In this document: one piece after another, positions 29,762-39,569 of the stretch
How positions within the stretch are numbered: position 1 is the stretch's first letter
How the letters are laid out: every line of letters starts with the position of its first letter
Program-made: the position numbers and the translations under genes
The notes under the pieces: model-generated
Database searches by the model: none
What the model was told of the DNA's origin: nothing
What the model saw: only the letters and a program-made list of their open reading frames with translations
Assembly: GCA_038874135.1 (NCBI GenBank)
Contig: JAVZCZ010000001.1
Coordinates: 96,001-160,000 of the forward strand
Direction of reading: 5' to 3'
From: Candidatus Woesearchaeota archaeon
GTDB taxonomy: Archaea; Nanobdellota; Nanobdellia; Woesearchaeales; 0-14-0-80-44-23
Length of the DNA stretch: 64,000 nucleotides

Positions 29762-32663
29762 GAAGCTGTCAGATGGATGACTCGGCTTAAAACGCCGATG
29801 AAGGATGCGACAAGCAGCATTATGCTCCGGCGAGCCGCATGTGGGCTTTGAACCGGAGGTTTCCGAATGGGAATCCTGCCCCGCGAGGGGCGATCCGAAA
29901 GGATCGGGAACGCAGGGAACTAAAACATTTCAGTACCTGCAGGAAGAGAAATCAATTGAGATGCGGTTAGTAACAGCGAGTGAAAGCCGCTCAGGGCAAA
30001 CTGAATTTCGCTCCGCAAGGTGCGAAAGATGTGGTGTTGTAGGACCGCATGCACGGTTCTTTATCCGGGAATCCAAACTCTCTTGAAACAGAGGGCCTTA
30101 GAGGGTGAAAGCCCCGTAGGAGTAACTGGGTAGAGAATCTGGCGAGTTCCTGAGTACCGCACATCGGATATTGTGCGGGAATCTGGGAGGCATCAACTTC
30201 CAACCCTAAATACGTTTTAAGTCCGATAGAGGAGAAGTACCGCGAGGGAAAGTTGAAAAGAACCCATAACAGGGAGTTAAAAGAGCCTGAAATCTGGCAG
30301 CGACAGCGTGCTAGGGCACTACGGTGTTCTAGCGTTCGTTTTGAATAACGAGCCAGGGAGTATGCTTGAGTGGCGAGGTTAACTGATGAAGGTAGCCGAA
30401 GCGAAAGCGAGTTTCCGCAGCCCGCAAGGGTGAGGGAACGGGTGTGAAAGCGCCTTGAGTCACTTGAGCACGACCCGAAACCGGGTGATCTATGCCAGGG
30501 TAGGGTGAAGCGGGGATAAAACCCCGTGGAGGCCCGAAGAGGTTCTACGTACAAGTGTTCTCGTAACCTTGGTATAGGGGTGAAAAGCCCATCGAACCCG
30601 GTGATAGCTGGTTCCGATCGAATCTGGCCGCAGTCAGGCCTCAGGCGAGACTGCCTAAAAGGTAGAGATACGGATTGGGGATTTAGGTTCCGAAAGGGAT
30701 CGGTCCCTTGTCCAACTCCGAATTTTTAGGCGTCGTAGACCCTGAGAGACGGGGTGTCTGGGTTAAGCTTGACATCCGAGAGGGGAACAACCCAGATTGT
30801 GGTTAAGGTCCCTAAAATTGGCTAAGTGTCAAAGGACGAAGAGTGTCTGTAGCCATAGACAGCTGGGAGGTTGGCTTAGAAGCAGCAACCCTTTAAAAAG
30901 TGCGTAACAGCTTACCAGTCAAGGTTACAGGCCTCCAAAACGGACGGGACTAAGCCAATTACCGATACCACAAGCGATGAAAATCTGCGGTAGATCGGTG
31001 TTCTGCAAGGGCAGAAGCGCTTCCGAGAGGAAACGTGGACCTTGTGGAAATAATAATCCTGGCAAGAGTAGGATCCAAGCAGAGTGAGAATCTCTGCCGC
31101 CGAAAGGGCTAGGTTTCCTTGACAATGCAGTTCAGTCAAGGGTTAGTCGGTCCTAACCGCGCCCCTAGCTGGGAGTCGCGGGACAGGGAAACGGGTTAAT
31201 ATTCCCGTACTGCTCAAGTATGTGCGGCAACGCAGGTTGGATTCCTGACGTTTCGGGCTAGGTTGACATGAACCGTCGTTCATGTTAATCAGAATAGGTC
31301 GGGGGAGTATCATAATGATGAGAACCCGAGCAAGCTGAGACGAGCTGGCGCACGCCAGTTCAGCCGATGCCTGGAACCCGTGAAAAAGGAATCCAAAAAA
31401 ATCTTGAGCAACCGTACCAAGAACCGGCACAGGTGCCCCTGGGTGAGAAGCCCAAGGCGTGATAGGGATAATCCGGGTAAGGGAACTCGGCAAATTGGCC
31501 CCGTACCTTCGGTATAAGGGGTCCCTGCCTTCGTGCTCGTAAGAGTGCGAAAACAGGGCGCAGTGACTAGGGGGGTCTGACTGTTTAACAAAAACACAAC
31601 ATTCCGCTATCCCGAAAGGGGTTGAATGGAATGTGACATCTGCCCAGTACCTGTACTTCAAACTCCGGTCCAACGGAGCTAAGAGCAGGCAAACGGCGGG
31701 GGTAACTATAACTCTCTTAAGGTAGCGAAATACCTTGTCGTTTGAATGACGACGCGCATGAGTGATGTAACAAGATCCTCACTGTCCCTACCTGGAACCT
31801 ACTGAACATCCTGTTCTGGTGTGGAGGCCAGAGTTTCCCAGTGGGAAGTGAAGACCCCGTGAAACTTTACTGTAGCTAGTTGCTGCAATTCGGACTTCTT
31901 TGTAAAGAGTAGATGGGAGTTGCTTGAAGACCTAATCGAGAGATTGGGTTTAGACGAAAGTGTAACACCATCCTAAGAAATCAGAATTGCTAACCCGAAT
32001 AGGGGACAACGATTGGCGGACAGTTTGGCTGGGGTGGCACTCGGCTGAAAGGATATCAGCCGAGCCCAAAGGTCGGCTCAACCGGGTCAGAAATCCGGTG
32101 TGGAGTGCAAAGGCAAAAGCCGGCCTGACTGGATTCCCGACAAGGAAGAATCCAGGAGAGAAATCTGGGCTTAGCGAACCTCAATGTCCTCCTTGGTGGG
32201 GGCTTGAGATGACCGAAAAGTTACTCCGGGGATAACAGAGTTGTCCCGCCCGAGAGTTCACATCGACGGCGGGGCTTGCTACATCGATGTCGGCTCTTCC
32301 TATCCTGGCTGTGCAGAAGCAGCCAAGGGTGGGGGTGTTCACCCATTAAAAGGGATCGTGAGCTGGGTTCACAACGTTGCGAGACAGTTGGTTTAATATC
32401 TACTGGGAATGCACTAGTGTCTGAGGGGAAGGACCATTTAGTACGAGAGGAACAATGGTTCGGCGCCTCTGGTCGACCGGTTATCCGACAGGGTAGGCCG
32501 GGCAGCTACGCGCTAAGGGATAAGAGCTGAAAGCATCTAAGCTTGAAACCCGCCTCAAAAAGAGACACGGATGGGATACTCCTAGAAGAGGAGTTTGATG
32601 GAACTGGGGTGTAAGTGCGAAGGTATACGACGCATTCAGCCCGCAGTCACCAATAATCCCGCC
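29762..32663 (+). rRNA. rrl: 23S rRNA (ends approximate)
   Basis: GGATGACTCGGCT 5' region, GTAACTATAAC (H69), GGGGATAACAG and CATCGATGTCGGCTC (PTC), AGTACGAGAGGAAC (sarcin-ricin loop). Confidence 0.97.
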
Positions 32664-32922
32664 TCTTATTTTGCTTCCTATGCATGGTTATCATTTTTTA
32701 TTCTAAACTTATTGTTCAAAAAACACAATAATTAGAAAAAATAAAAATTAAAATTGGAAAAAAATATAAGTTCATAAAATAATTCTATTCTAAGGATTGT
32801 TAGAATTATGCCGGTAAAATTTTGGTTTAGGAGTTTTTTTAGCAAAAATTGATTTTTTGGAAAAAAATATGATTATGATAAGAAAGTTAAATAACTTAAA
32901 AGATGGAAATAAAAATTTTACT

Positions 32923-33444
32923 TTATTTTTTTAGTTCTTCTATTTTCTGTTTGTATTTTTCAGCTTCAAGCTTGTGCATCCACTTCGCTCTGCTGTACTC
33001 GTGTATTATGTTGTCCGGATTGCAATATCTGTCTCTTTCTGCTATGATTTCTTTTATTTTCTCGCTGTAAATCTCAGCTTTTTTGTTGTGGTAGTTGAAT
33101 GCTTTGGCATATACTGCTACTTTTTCTCTTAAAGGATAATCTTCTCTTTCTATTATTTTGATTGCTTTTTCAAACTGCCCAGCTTTTATGTATGCCTCTA
33201 CTGCCTTTTTGTATAAGCCCATATCTTCTGAGAGTTTGCCTATTTCATCATATTTGTCTTCTTTTTCAAGCTCTCTTACTACCCTGTTGTAGCCATTCCA
33301 AACCTTGGTTAAGGTGTCATTGTCAAGATAGAATATGCTGGTCTTTGCTATCCTTATCAGGTTTTGCTCTGCCTCTTTCAAATTCTTGGGAGACAGTATG
33401 CTCTCTATTATTTGATCCAAATCATTTTGGTTGTTCTCGTTCAT
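32923..33444 (-). CDS. helical-repeat (TPR-like) hypothetical protein
   Basis: MGLYKKAVEAYIKAGQFEKAIKI helical repeat pattern. Confidence 0.65.
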   Translation of the reverse strand: MNENNQNDLDQIIESILSPKNLKEAEQNLIRIAKTSIFYLDNDTLTKVWNGYNRVVRELEKEDKYDEIGKLSEDMGLYKKAVEAYIKAGQFEKAIKIIEREDYPLREKVAVYAKAFNYHNKKAEIYSEKIKEIIAERDRYCNPDNIIHEYSRAKWMHKLEAEKYKQKIEELKK

Positions 33445-33646
33445 TTTATCACCTTCTAATTATTTGAGAATCTTCCGCTATACTAAACTTACTTATAAAG
33501 CTTTCTATATTATATACTACTTACAAATAGATAAAAAATCTTTTTGGTAAAAATCTTTTGTTTATAACTTCAATCTGTTTAAAAGTTTAAAGAAGGTTTA
33601 AATAAAACGCTGAATTTCATCATTCAGAATTTGGAGGTGTTTAAAA

Positions 33647-34414
33647 ATGGTTGAGGAAAATAAAGTATACTATATTTTAAGCCTGTTTGTTTTGGCTCTG
33701 ATCCTAGTAAGCGCGGTTTTGGTATTCAAGCTGGCAATGCAAAAACCGATAATCAACATAGAGAATAATCCTTCTCAGGAGGCAAACTCTATTACTGTAA
33801 CTGGAGAATCTGAAATAGAAGTGATGCCTGACAAAGCAGTAATCTATGTGAGTGTAGTAACTGAGAACATTACGGCTAAGGAGGCAAAGGATTCGGCAGC
33901 TGAAATATTTTCAAGAGTAAAATCCGCACTGATAAGAGCTGGAGTAAAACAGGATATGATTGAGAGCAGTTCATACTCCATAACTCCAATCTATGAGTGG
34001 AACGACATATTTAAGAGGAGCGACTTTAAAGGATACAGAGTTACCCACACAATGAAGATTACTACAACTGACATAGATAAAGCTGGCGACATAATAGATG
34101 CTGCTGTAAATGCCGGAGCGAATGAGGTTGAGCAAGTCTCATTTGAACTCTCTCCAGAACTTGAAAGAAAGGTTTATGCAGATGCGCTTGAAGATGCAGC
34201 AGCTCTGGCTAAGGCAAAGGCGTCCTCAATTGCAAACGCGCTTGGAGCTCAGCTTGGCAGCATAAAAACAGTTAGTGAGTCTAGCAGTTATTACTATCCA
34301 TATACTCCATATTATAGCAAGGCCATGGTGAGTGAAGGTGCAGCTTCAACCCAGATTGCCACTCAGAAGTTAAGGGTCACTGGAAGAGTCAGCGTCTCGT
34401 ATTATATAAAGTGA
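33647..34414 (+). CDS. SIMPL/DUF541 domain protein
   Basis: N-terminal TM; ITVTGESEIEVMPD.A, IIDAAVNAGAN, A.AKA..IA.ALG. Confidence 0.9.
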   Translation: MVEENKVYYILSLFVLALILVSAVLVFKLAMQKPIINIENNPSQEANSITVTGESEIEVMPDKAVIYVSVVTENITAKEAKDSAAEIFSRVKSALIRAGVKQDMIESSSYSITPIYEWNDIFKRSDFKGYRVTHTMKITTTDIDKAGDIIDAAVNAGANEVEQVSFELSPELERKVYADALEDAAALAKAKASSIANALGAQLGSIKTVSESSSYYYPYTPYYSKAMVSEGAASTQIATQKLRVTGRVSVSYYIK

Positions 34415-34497
34415 GTATAAAGTAAAGAAAAAATATTTTCAAATCTTTTTTCTCTTTTCATTCCCATTCTATGCTGTTGAAGTTGCACTAACTTTAT

Positions 34498-34872
34498 CTA
34501 TTTCTTCCAAAGCCCGTGCAGGTTGCAGTATGCTCTCGCCTGCAATTTCTCCTCTTTTACTTCAAACTCTGCTTCTGGCTCATCTCCTGGTTTTAGCATC
34601 TTTCTGAATGTTCGCTCTCCAGCAATTAGTTCTATCCATTCTATGTAGTGTTTTTCTTCCATCGGGTGGGGAGCTGAGCCTACCTTGACTCTTATTCCTG
34701 TTTTTGTTTTTTCTATTACTGGCACATGTTTTTCAAGCGAGGCTTCGGTAGTGTTCTCTTTTAAGAGTTGCATCGGCTGTCCGCAGCACACGAGAGTTCC
34801 CGCGCCGCTGTGTAAAACCTCAACTATGTTGCCGCATATGTTGCACTTGTAAACCTGCCTTTTTTCCGTCAT
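34498..34872 (-). CDS. dfx: desulfoferrodoxin (2Fe superoxide reductase)
   Basis: [39 protein letters not shown]. Confidence 0.96.
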   Translation of the reverse strand: MTEKRQVYKCNICGNIVEVLHSGAGTLVCCGQPMQLLKENTTEASLEKHVPVIEKTKTGIRVKVGSAPHPMEEKHYIEWIELIAGERTFRKMLKPGDEPEAEFEVKEEKLQARAYCNLHGLWKK

Positions 34873-34885
34873 AAAACCTCACCTC

Positions 34886-35470
34886 TTAAAACTCTTCACA
34901 CTTTAACTGGTAAAATGCCTTATCGTGTCCGCAGGAAGGACACTCTTTTGGCGGTTCTGTGCCATAATGGACATAGCCGCACTCTCGGCACACCCAATAT
35001 ACTGGCTTGTCCTTCTTGAAAACGGTTCCATTTTCTACATTTGATAGAAGCTTCTTGTACCTTTCTGCATGGTGCTGCTCTGCAACTGCTATTGCTCTTA
35101 TCCTAGCAGCGATCTCTGGAAAGCCCTCCTCTTCTGCAACCCTTGCAAACTCAGGGTAAAGCTTAGTGTATTCTTCCGTTTCTCCAGCAACTGCGGATTT
35201 CAGGTTTTCAAGAGTAGTTCCCCTAACTACGGGTATATCTGTCTCTATCCTTAGCATGCTTATCTCTTCTCCAGTTTTCTGTTTTAGAGAGAGCAGCATC
35301 TTTAGAAACCAGCTGGCGTGCTCCCTTTCATTTTCAGCAGTTATTGTAAAGATTTCAGCAATCTGTTCAAACCCCTCCTTTCTGGCAGTGCTTGCAAAGA
35401 AGGTGTACCTGTTTCTCGCCTGGCTCTCCCCAACAAAAGCCTTGGCAAGGTTTTCAACTGTTCTTTTCAT
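34886..35470 (-). CDS. rbr: rubrerythrin
   Basis: AFVGESQARNRY, ENEREHA, EQHH, CRECGY..CPSC. Confidence 0.96.
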   Translation of the reverse strand: MKRTVENLAKAFVGESQARNRYTFFASTARKEGFEQIAEIFTITAENEREHASWFLKMLLSLKQKTGEEISMLRIETDIPVVRGTTLENLKSAVAGETEEYTKLYPEFARVAEEEGFPEIAARIRAIAVAEQHHAERYKKLLSNVENGTVFKKDKPVYWVCRECGYVHYGTEPPKECPSCGHDKAFYQLKCEEF

Positions 35471-35534
35471 AAAATCACCTAAGTATTAAAAGAAGAAATG
35501 TTATAAATATGTTGTGGTATTGTCTGCTAATTAC

Positions 35535-36809
35535 TCACATCTTTACATTCTTCCAAGTTCTCAGGGCTACTGCCAATTCCTTATGATTGCGCGCGTATTC
35601 CTCTAAAGGATATCCCGACTGCACTGCAAATATTGCCTGCCTCATCGCAGTTGCTCCAGCAGTTGTGCCTTCAGGATGTCCATGTATTCCGCCGCCTGCC
35701 TGTATTATGATGTCTGTTCCGAGATTCTTTATAAGCGAGGGTATAACATTAGGGTATAAGCCGCCTGAACACACTGACAACACTGGTTTTATCCTGCCCC
35801 ACTCTTGTGACAATACTTCCTTTCTTTCCTTTATTTTCTTCTCTTCTATTTCTTCTTCAATCTCCCTGACATCTTCTGCGCTGCCTTCCATCTTTCCAAC
35901 TGCGGTTCCTATGTGTAGGGTGTCAACTCCTATAAGCCTGTAAGTCTTTGCCAGCGTGAGCATTGTTATGCCATGCTTGGGATTTCTAGTTATTGCAGCG
36001 TGCATCGCCCTGTGAGCGTGTATCGCTACGCCCAGGTCTAGGTTTCTCAAAGTTTGAAGTGCTGAGAATCCTGCTGTTACTACATCTACCATAACAAATT
36101 CTCCACCATGCTTCTTCACAAATTTTGCTCTGCGTATCATCTCATTGGTTTCAGCAGTCACATTCGCAAGGTATATCTTCTTTTCACCTGTTACCCTCTC
36201 AGCTTGGTCCCTTCTTTTCAAAGTTTCAGTTATCCTTTTTTCAAATGAGTTGAAAGACTGATTAGTTAGGTTTTCATCATCCTTAACTATGTCGCACCCT
36301 CCAACCCAGGCATTATAAGCAACCTGAGCGTGCATTAATGAATCTAACCCCACCTTGGGCTTAATAATTGTGCCGAGCAGAGGCCTGTTTAGCACTCTCA
36401 TTAGTTTTCTTATCTCATGCATTCCATACTTAGGTCCTGGAAATGAGTCCCTTAGGTATTCTGGAAATTTTATGTCGAGTAGTCTCAAGTTCTTAACAAG
36501 TTTCATTCCGAATATGTTGCCTGCAACGCTGCTATAAATCTGAGCCATGTTGCCAGGTTCAAAAAGCTCTCCAGGATAAGCAATCTTGGCTATGCCCCTC
36601 TTCCTGTCAATCTGGAAGATTCTGGGTCCAAGCCTTTCCGCTATCCTCTTGTCCATAGTTGCTACATCGGTCCAGGTGCCTATCGAGGACTCAGCAGCAA
36701 TTTCTTCGCAGGCCTTTTCAAATGTGATTTTTTTGTTTGGTTCTATGTAGAATTCGCAAACTAGATCATCTCTTGAAGGTTCATAGCCCAGATTTATGTA
36801 GCCACTCAT
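35535..36809 (-). CDS. rbcL: RuBisCO large subunit, archaeal form III
   Basis: AESSIGTWT, GTIIKPKVGL, KDDENL, HAHRAMH, GKMEG, SGGL, QAGGGIHGHP. Confidence 0.93.
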   Translation of the reverse strand: MSGYINLGYEPSRDDLVCEFYIEPNKKITFEKACEEIAAESSIGTWTDVATMDKRIAERLGPRIFQIDRKRGIAKIAYPGELFEPGNMAQIYSSVAGNIFGMKLVKNLRLLDIKFPEYLRDSFPGPKYGMHEIRKLMRVLNRPLLGTIIKPKVGLDSLMHAQVAYNAWVGGCDIVKDDENLTNQSFNSFEKRITETLKRRDQAERVTGEKKIYLANVTAETNEMIRRAKFVKKHGGEFVMVDVVTAGFSALQTLRNLDLGVAIHAHRAMHAAITRNPKHGITMLTLAKTYRLIGVDTLHIGTAVGKMEGSAEDVREIEEEIEEKKIKERKEVLSQEWGRIKPVLSVCSGGLYPNVIPSLIKNLGTDIIIQAGGGIHGHPEGTTAGATAMRQAIFAVQSGYPLEEYARNHKELAVALRTWKNVKM

Positions 36810-36870
36810 AAACACACCTCTTTTTGAAAATTTAAAATGAAAATGAGAATATAAAGTTTTTGAAAAAATT

Positions 36871-37422
36871 TTACTTCTTAGCTCCTCGGGGTCCAGAGTA
36901 AAATATGTTGCTTATGTTGAAGTCGCCCGGCTTATAATTTCCAGTTCTAACCTCAGGAGTTGCTCCCTCTCCCCTCTTGCTTCCGCTGGATGGGATTATC
37001 CCCTGCTGGTTAGGCTGAACCTGCTGCTGTTGCTGGGGTGTGGAGGTCTGAGCCATCTGCTGTGCCTGTCTGGGCTGTGAGCTAAGCTGGTTGACTGCCG
37101 CTTCAATTTCTGAGATCTTCTTTTCAAACTTGTTTATCTCTCCTATCATCTCATTCATCTTTGACTGCAGCTGAAGGATAGCTTCGCCCTGCTGTCTAAG
37201 CTGCTGTTTAAGCTCTTTCAGCTCGTCAGGCTGCGGTGCCGGTTTTTCTTCCTGCTGCGCGGGCTGCTGCGAAATTGTAGTTTTTATATCGCCCTTAACT
37301 TGTATTGACCTTTCTGCCTGTCTTAAAGCGTCCTGTATGTCCGTCGCGAGTCCGTGTTTCATTAGCTCCTTGGCAAGTGCTTCAACCTTTTTTACCCTTT
37401 CAATGTCTGACAAATCTCTCAC
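36871..37422 (-). CDS. hypothetical protein with coiled coil and Gln-rich linker
   Basis: Heptad segment; Q/P-rich low-complexity region. Confidence 0.75.
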   Translation of the reverse strand: MRDLSDIERVKKVEALAKELMKHGLATDIQDALRQAERSIQVKGDIKTTISQQPAQQEEKPAPQPDELKELKQQLRQQGEAILQLQSKMNEMIGEINKFEKKISEIEAAVNQLSSQPRQAQQMAQTSTPQQQQQVQPNQQGIIPSSGSKRGEGATPEVRTGNYKPGDFNISNIFYSGPRGAKK

Positions 37423-37474
37423 CTGTACGATTCAAATATTTTTTTAGCGTAGAAGAGTAGAAGAGCATCTCTTT

Positions 37475-37855
37475 TTAAGCTTTCTCTTTTTTGTCCTGTG
37501 AATTCTCTTCTTGCTGATTTTGTGTGTTTTCACTCTGCTGATTATTTTTTGAGTTTTGTTCAGCAAGTTTCTGCTCTTCATTCTTTATCAAAACGTCCAT
37601 AAGCTTTCTTAGGGTTATTGTTGATTCAGCTATGTTGTATTCGGGAGTTTCTGCCTTTCTCGCTATATCTTCAGGATTTTCTTCTATCTGGCTCGTATGC
37701 GTTGGTGATTTTTTCTGTCTTTCTATTATCTGAGCTGCAATCCTTCTAGACTCATCTACAGTGTAGCCTGGAATTGTTCTTCTCAGGGCTAGTGCCAAAT
37801 TTTCAATCTCCTCATCTTCGCTCTTGCACTCTTCCTTATGCTCTTCCTCAACCAT
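37475..37855 (-). CDS. hypothetical protein
   Basis: Co-oriented with neighbours; acidic and Q/N-rich tail. Confidence 0.7.
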   Translation of the reverse strand: MVEEEHKEECKSEDEEIENLALALRRTIPGYTVDESRRIAAQIIERQKKSPTHTSQIEENPEDIARKAETPEYNIAESTITLRKLMDVLIKNEEQKLAEQNSKNNQQSENTQNQQEENSQDKKEKA

Positions 37856-37863
37856 ATTTTACC

Positions 37864-38454
37864 CTACTTTTTTAGCTTCTCCACAGTTGCCTTTTCAGAG
37901 ATTATTGCAGAATTTCCTGTTGGGTCTTCAATTATTATCTTCAATTTTTCTCTTCCCCAAAGAGTCCTGTCAATCTTTTTGATTAGATTCTTTGCTTTTT
38001 CCCTATTTTCCTCATCTTCGTCATTCTCCCTTATTGACTGCAACACATCCCTGAACTTTGTAAGAAGCCCTTCAACATTTGTTACGAAGCCCTCTGCAAA
38101 CTCTCCAGGTTCAAGATTTCCAACATAAGGAATTTTTACCATACCTGAGGAGGAGCGCACTACTCTTACCTTAAGATCATTTTCTGATGAGACCTCAAAA
38201 GTGTATCTTAAAGGACCTTTATTCTCAATCACTTCCACATCCGACTTTTTGAACTCGCAGCTTGAGCATTTCATTGAGAATATTGAAACTGGCCCGAAGT
38301 ATGGTATTTCAGTGTCTTCTTCTCTGAGAGTGAGCGTGTTTTTTCCGCAAACCGGGCAGGTTTGCCCAGTCATTTCAACCGGCTCTCTGAGAATTTCCTG
38401 CTGGTAATCCTTCTCATTTTCTTTTTCCAACTCAGAATCTTTTATTTTTCGCAT
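37864..38454 (-). CDS. ZPR1 zinc-finger domain protein
   Basis: CPVCG, IPYFG, CSSCEFKKSDV, RVVRSS, TNVEG, IEDPTGNS. Confidence 0.92.
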   Translation of the reverse strand: MRKIKDSELEKENEKDYQQEILREPVEMTGQTCPVCGKNTLTLREEDTEIPYFGPVSIFSMKCSSCEFKKSDVEVIENKGPLRYTFEVSSENDLKVRVVRSSSGMVKIPYVGNLEPGEFAEGFVTNVEGLLTKFRDVLQSIRENDEDEENREKAKNLIKKIDRTLWGREKLKIIIEDPTGNSAIISEKATVEKLKK

Positions 38455-38544
38455 GTTTCAGGATTAATCTGCGCTGTATAAAAATATTTTGTTTTGGTAG
38501 GGCAAAAGATTAATAACCCTGAAGCACTTCTTTAAATATTTGAC

Positions 38545-39273
38545 ATGGAGCTTACCCTCTTGATAGTGTTGATGTCTGCGTTGGCGCCAGTTCTCGGCTC
38601 ATTCATAGGCATTTTGTTCTACCCTTCTAAAAGTTTGACTGCTGACATGCTCGCATTTGCAGCTGGAATAATGCTTGGAATATCCTTTCTGGAGTTGATT
38701 CCTTTCTCCCTACAAATTTCGGGATTGATAATATGCGTGCTCGGCTTTCTAGTAGGCTCGCTTTTGATGTACCTGCTAGACAGAATTCTTCCTCACATTC
38801 ATCCAGAGTTAAGTTCTAATGAGCCTGGGAAGCAGCTGAAAAAAACAGCACTATTCTTGATAATAGGAATCTTCCTGCACAACTTTCCTGAAGGGATGGC
38901 GATAGCCGTTGGGAGTGTTGCCGGGGTAAGAATCAGCCTGGCAGTTGCTGTTGGAATTGCTATTCACAACATCCCAGAGGGAATATGCACCTCGGCTCCG
39001 TACTACTATTGTACAAAGAAGCGCCTTAAATCCTTTCTGCTCTCCTCAATCACAGCAATTCCTGTAGTTTTAGGATTCCTGACGGGAAGGTTGTTATATT
39101 CTCTAGATTTGAGCGCATTATCCAGTTTTATAGCTTCCCTCACAGCAGGTTTTATGATATACATCTCTGCGGATCAGCTCATTCCAAGCGCGTTTAATCT
39201 TTCTTATAGGCACGACACGATATTCTCTTTTATAGGCGGAATTGTGCTAGTGCTACTTCTGATGACAATTTAA
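38545..39273 (+). CDS. ZIP-family metal transporter (ZupT/GufA)
   Basis: FAAGIML, PHIH, LHNFPEG, IHNIPEG. Confidence 0.92.
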   Translation: MELTLLIVLMSALAPVLGSFIGILFYPSKSLTADMLAFAAGIMLGISFLELIPFSLQISGLIICVLGFLVGSLLMYLLDRILPHIHPELSSNEPGKQLKKTALFLIIGIFLHNFPEGMAIAVGSVAGVRISLAVAVGIAIHNIPEGICTSAPYYYCTKKRLKSFLLSSITAIPVVLGFLTGRLLYSLDLSALSSFIASLTAGFMIYISADQLIPSAFNLSYRHDTIFSFIGGIVLVLLLMTI

Positions 39274-39336
39274 GATTCTAAAACGGGAAAAGATTTTAAA
39301 AGCTAGGCTACGAACCTAAAATTCGGAGGTGAAATA

Positions 39337-39534
39337 ATGCCTGTTGTAAAGATTGAATCTTGGCCTCTTGACAAGGATAAGAAGCCGTGGCTCATAAAGA
39401 AGATAACTGACATCTTTGGCGAGATGGGCGTTCCTAAAGAGGCTGTTACTGTGATTATAAGCGAGGTTCCTCTTGAGAATTGGGGAAGTGGAGGGGAGCA
39501 GCACTCAGTCAAGTTTGGCAGAATGAAAATGTGA
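39337..39534 (+). CDS. 4-oxalocrotonate tautomerase-family protein
   Basis: Catalytic N-terminal Pro (MPVVKI), EVPLENWG.GG; strong SD. Confidence 0.88.
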   Translation: MPVVKIESWPLDKDKKPWLIKKITDIFGEMGVPKEAVTVIISEVPLENWGSGGEQHSVKFGRMKM

Positions 39535-39569
39535 AAGATTTTTAAAGAATTGCCGTATTCCATTTGCAG

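Noticed and set aside
32690-32922. AT-rich tract after the 23S as 5S rRNA or replication origin
   Set aside because: No 5S-like structure, no ORB-like repeats, no cdc6; looks like convergent terminators
35535-36809. Calvin-cycle autotrophy or RuBisCO-like protein (form IV)
   Set aside because: No rbcS or prk nearby; catalytic motifs KDDE, HRAMH and GKMEG match a true form III enzyme
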